Source: the human T2T-CHM13v2.0 reference genome, Homo sapiens. Taken from it: a DNA stretch of 64,000 bases. The notes beneath the pieces were generated by a model. It had not been told where the DNA came from, did no database searches, and was given only the letters and a program-made list of their open reading frames with translations. The translations under genes were made by a program, and so were the position numbers. The first letter of the stretch is position 1; every line of letters starts with the position of its first letter. Location: the NCBI RefSeq assembly GCF_009914755.1, contig NC_060946.1. One strand, given 5' to 3'. Shown here one piece after another: positions 61,013 to 64,000 of this stretch.

Positions 61013-61828
61013 ACTAGGACTAGAAGGTGGCCTCCCAGGGGCATGGGCTCTGTCCCCTACATCAACATCCAACAATGTGTCAGCTTCATCATTTGGAGAC
61101 AAAAACAGTAGAGCTTCCCTGAACTTTCAGCAGGGACGCTAATGAGAAGGGGGGACTTTGTCATAGCCCACATGTAAGAGGGTCCCTGCCAGTCCAGTGA
61201 TGTCAGGGTCTAAAAAGCAGGGTCAGGGGACACAGGCCTTGAGCCCCAGGGACAGGGTTCTTCTGGGGCAGATGGTAGCAGTCCCTGTGGCTGGGAGGGA
61301 GGGCATCTGGAGAAGGCGGTGCTGCCTGGGCCCCGTCAATCGAAGGGTCATGTGGCGGCAGCAGTCAGAGAATCCAGGTGAGGCGGGCCCCAGGTGAGCA
61401 GTGGGGAGTGGAGTTTGGCTGCAGCAGAAGCCAGGTGGCCATGCTGTGGGCTCTGACGCCCCCTCAGGTCAGAGCCTCCTTCTCCTTCCCTGACTGTGTC
61501 AGGCAGCTGCCCTTGGGTTGCATGCAGAAGCGTGGAGGGAGGCCTGGCCCAGCCTGCTCCGCACCAAACTCTGTTTCGTGGTCTGGCAAGAGTAAGGGTG
61601 GCCCTGGTGTTGCCAGATGACCCCCCTCCCCGGGATTCTCAGTGACTGTGAGTGTGTGGCTTAGTATGTGCGGAGGGTCCCCTGCCTCCCTTTAATTCCA
61701 TGTGGAGCCTTTGTGGGGGCAGGGGTTTGTCCAGAGGTCAACAAGCTGGCCCTCCTCTCTCAGAGGGCCCTGATGGAAGAATCCCCCTACCACCCTTCCA
61801 GGCTGACTTCTGTCTATTTCTCCTGCAG

Positions 61829-61933
61829 AGTGAGCTGGACTTGGAAAAGGGCTTGGAGATGAGAAAATGGGTCCTGTCGGGAATCCTGGCTAGCGAGGAG
61901 ACTTACCTGAGCCACCTGGAGGCACTGCTGCTG
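61829..61933 (+). CDS. BCR: BCR exon 3 (105 bp, phase 0/0; SELDLEKGLEMRKWVLSGILASEETYLSHLEALLL, start of the Dbl-homology RhoGEF domain)
   Basis: Branch point CTGAC 61803-07, pyrimidine tract, CAG acceptor and CTG|GTGAGG donor. Contains the DH CR1 motif (SEETY..HLE.L). Confidence 0.98.
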
Positions 61934-62233
61934 GTGAGGAGGATTTAGGGAGCTGAGCAGGGCGGGATGGGGCAGGGTGACAGGGTTGGGGAGCCTCTTT
62001 GCCCTTAAGTCCCAGGTCAGCTGTCAGAGCCTGGGTGCAGCTCGCCATCCCTGGAGTGGATACCAGTGGAAGACTGAGTTGCCAAACCAAGCTGGTTTTA
62101 AAATTGTATTTGTTATGTGATTTAAAAATAAAAGTGCATATGTCAGGTAACCATGACTGTCTACTGCCATACAATGCACCTGACGGATGGCAGCCCCTCT
62201 CACCTGTGCTACCTCACTTGTGCCCTCTTCCAG

Positions 62234-62419
62234 CCCATGAAGCCTTTGAAAGCCGCTGCCACCACCTCTCAGCCGGTGCTGACGAGTCAGCAGATCGAGA
62301 CCATCTTCTTCAAAGTGCCTGAGCTCTACGAGATCCACAAGGAGTTCTATGATGGGCTCTTCCCCCGCGTGCAGCAGTGGAGCCACCAGCAGCGGGTGGG
62401 CGACCTCTTCCAGAAGCTG
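62234..62419 (+). CDS. BCR: BCR exon 4 (186 bp, phase 0/0; [64 protein letters not shown] domain)
   Basis: TTCCAG acceptor, CTG|GTGAGT donor, in frame with exon 3. Recognised BCR DH sequence. Confidence 0.98.
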
Positions 62420-62439
62420 GTGAGTAACCCAGGGCCGGT

Positions 62440-62610
62440 GCTGGGACTACAGGCGTGTACCACCACGTCCAGCTAATTTTTTGCATTTTTAGTAGAGACA
62501 GGGTTTTGCTATGTTGGCCAGGCTGGTCTCAAACTCCTAACCTCAAGTGATCCACCTGCCTCAGCCTCCCAAAGTACTGAGATTACAGGCGTGAGCCGCC
62601 ATGCCCAGCC
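62440..62610 (-). mobile_element. Alu fragment starting 20 nt after the exon 4 donor
   Basis: Left arm plus start of the right arm, antisense. Confidence 0.9.
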
Positions 62611-62660
62611 TTTTTTTTTTTTTTTCTAATTTATATTTATTTAGATAGTTATTTTTAAAA

Positions 62661-62940
62661 AGAGATGGGGACTTACTACGTTGTCCAGGCTGGAGTGCAG
62701 TGGCTATTCACAGGCGCAATTCCACTGCTCATCAGCACGGGAGTTTTGACCTCCTTCCTTTCCAACCTTGGCTGTTTCACTCCTTCTTAGGCAAACTGAT
62801 GGTTCCCGACTCCTGGGAGGTCACCATATTGATGCCAAACTTAGTGTGTAGTGCACTACAGCCCAGAACTCCTGACTGAAGCCATCCTCCGGCCTCAGCC
62901 TTCCGCGTAGCTGGGGCTATAGGTGCACGCCACCACACCC
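62661..62940 (-). pseudogene. 7SL (SRP) RNA processed pseudogene, probably RN7SL263P
   Basis: Reverse complement has Alu-domain ends plus the 7SL S domain (GGCATCAATATGGTGACCTCCC, GGTCAAAACTCCCGTGCTGAT, GCCTGTGAATAGCCACTGCACTCCAGCCTGG). A-rich tail at 62611-62656. About 15 nt deleted at 62848/49. The gene number is from memory only. Confidence 0.93.
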
Positions 62941-63025
62941 TGTGTGTGGCTGGGACTACAGGTGCACGCCATCACACCCTGTGTGCGCCATCACACCCTG
63001 TGTGCACCATCACACCCTGTGTGCA
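62910..63025. repeat. 39-bp duplication plus 3 x 19-bp minisatellite CCATCACACCCTGTGTGC(G/A)
   Basis: Units at 62969-87, 62988-63006 and 63007-25; 62910-46 repeated at 62949-85. Confidence 0.92.
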
Positions 63026-63479
63026 CACACTTTCCCTAAAGCAGGCTTCCTCCGCTGGGAAACAAGTCCTCTAGGGGCAGGTGTGGCCAGAGGCCAGGCC
63101 CCCCTCTAAGTGTGAAGAGCATGTGATTCCTTAAAAGCCCTTCCCCCAGCACTTCTGGACTACCGAGACACACAGCTCTGGCCTCGGGCCTCCCCTTGGC
63201 TGGTGCTGGGGGCTGAGTTTTCTGCTCTGAGGTGTGGCTTTCCTGTAGGGGGACCCCTCCCTCTGCCACCCTGTGCTGCAGACCCCCAGACTCCAGGCCA
63301 GAGCTAAGGCTTGAGGAACACAGAAGGCACTTAATTTGTTCCAGTTCTTGCTCCCTGGGGCTCTTTCCCCCATGGCCAGAGAGCAGGAGGCTGTATTTTG
63401 ATACATGCTGCCCCCTCCATCTTTGAAGCCCCCCCACCCCCGTTTCTCCGTGTGTGTGTCAGCAGTTTTAAACCTAGTG

Positions 63480-64000
63480 GAGGGTGGTGGCTCGGGCTGG
63501 GCTCCGCGTCGGGCTGCCCCGCAGCTGCTCTTGGGCAGCCAGGGCCGCTGGGTGTGGGGCCGCCGGGAATGGCGGGCCCGGGTGAGGGCGGGGGCGGAGA
63601 GGCGAAGAAGCTGCAGGAAGGGAGGGTGACGAGGGGGAAGCGAAGGAAGGGGAAGAGGAAGGGAAAAGCGAGCGAGAGGGGCAAGGCGGAAGAGGAAGCA
63701 GGGCGGAAGGGAAGCCCGGGCCGCAGACGGCGAAGGAGGCAGCGGGCCGGGGGCTGAGGCGGGAGCGAGGACACGCCCAAGAGAGGAAGCAGAGGGAGGC
63801 GGAAGCGTGGAGGAAGGGGCGAGAGGCATCATCAAAGGAGATGAGGGGAGCGTAGGGGCCGGGAAAGAGGCACAAGGAAGAAAGTATGGGAAGGAGGAAT
63901 GGAGGGTCAGGGCTAGGCGGCGGGAGGGCGCCAGGCCGGGAAGAGTACAAGGACAAGGAGGTCAGGTTTGGGCCTACATCCCGGGGACAGGGGCGGCCAT
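63480..64000 (+). pseudogene. FBXW4P1: 5' end of processed pseudogene of FBXW4 (F-box/WD40 protein 4), continuing beyond the window
   Basis: Translates in shifting frames as LGSQGR / GPGEGGGGEAKKLQEGRVTRGKRRKGK / EGKPGPQTAKEAA / PGAEAGARTRPREEAEGGGSVEEGARGIIKG...EEWRVRARRREGARPGR...GTGAA(M), matching the recalled N-terminal extension of long-isoform FBXW4. Start codon is TTG (63531) and there are frameshifts. The short-isoform ATG begins at 63999. Preceded by an L1-endonuclease-like TTTT|AAA site at ~63470. Confidence 0.9.

Noticed and set aside
62661-62940. Functional 7SL RNA gene
   Set aside because: An internal deletion, many substitutions, CpG decay and a genomic A-rich tail indicate a retroposed copy.
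63131-63956. Long minus-strand Pro/Ser/Leu-rich ORFs
   Set aside because: They are the antisense shadow of the purine-rich FBXW4P1 5' region, which is stop-poor by composition.

Overview
Human genomic DNA from the BCR gene (22q11.23), gene on the + strand. Positions 1-54677 are the 3' ~55 kb of the very large BCR intron 1, where the minor-breakpoint (m-bcr, e1a2/p190 BCR-ABL1) breaks occur. Coding exons 2 (54678-54859), 3 (61829-61933) and 4 (62234-62419) follow, then the start of intron 4. Intron 4 holds an Alu fragment, an antisense 7SL RNA pseudogene and the CpG-rich 5' end of the processed pseudogene FBXW4P1. The rest is typical primate intron: about 30 Alu copies (many with visible target-site duplications), old L1M/L2/MIR/CR1 pieces, MaLR and MER21 LTRs, hAT DNA-transposon fossils and microsatellites. 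Apart from ORFs overlapping the BCR exons and FBXW4P1, the ORF track looks spurious. I found no new protein-coding system. The best leads are regulatory or splicing hypotheses: a STAT/NF-kB/GATA motif cluster at 16.3-17.0 kb, a hidden in-frame acceptor 21 nt upstream of exon 2, a possible stop-free exon 3-4 circRNA, the CpG-rich intronic retrocopy, and a 70-bp tandem duplication carrying AATAAA. Repeat subfamily names come from recalled consensus sequences, not from a database search.
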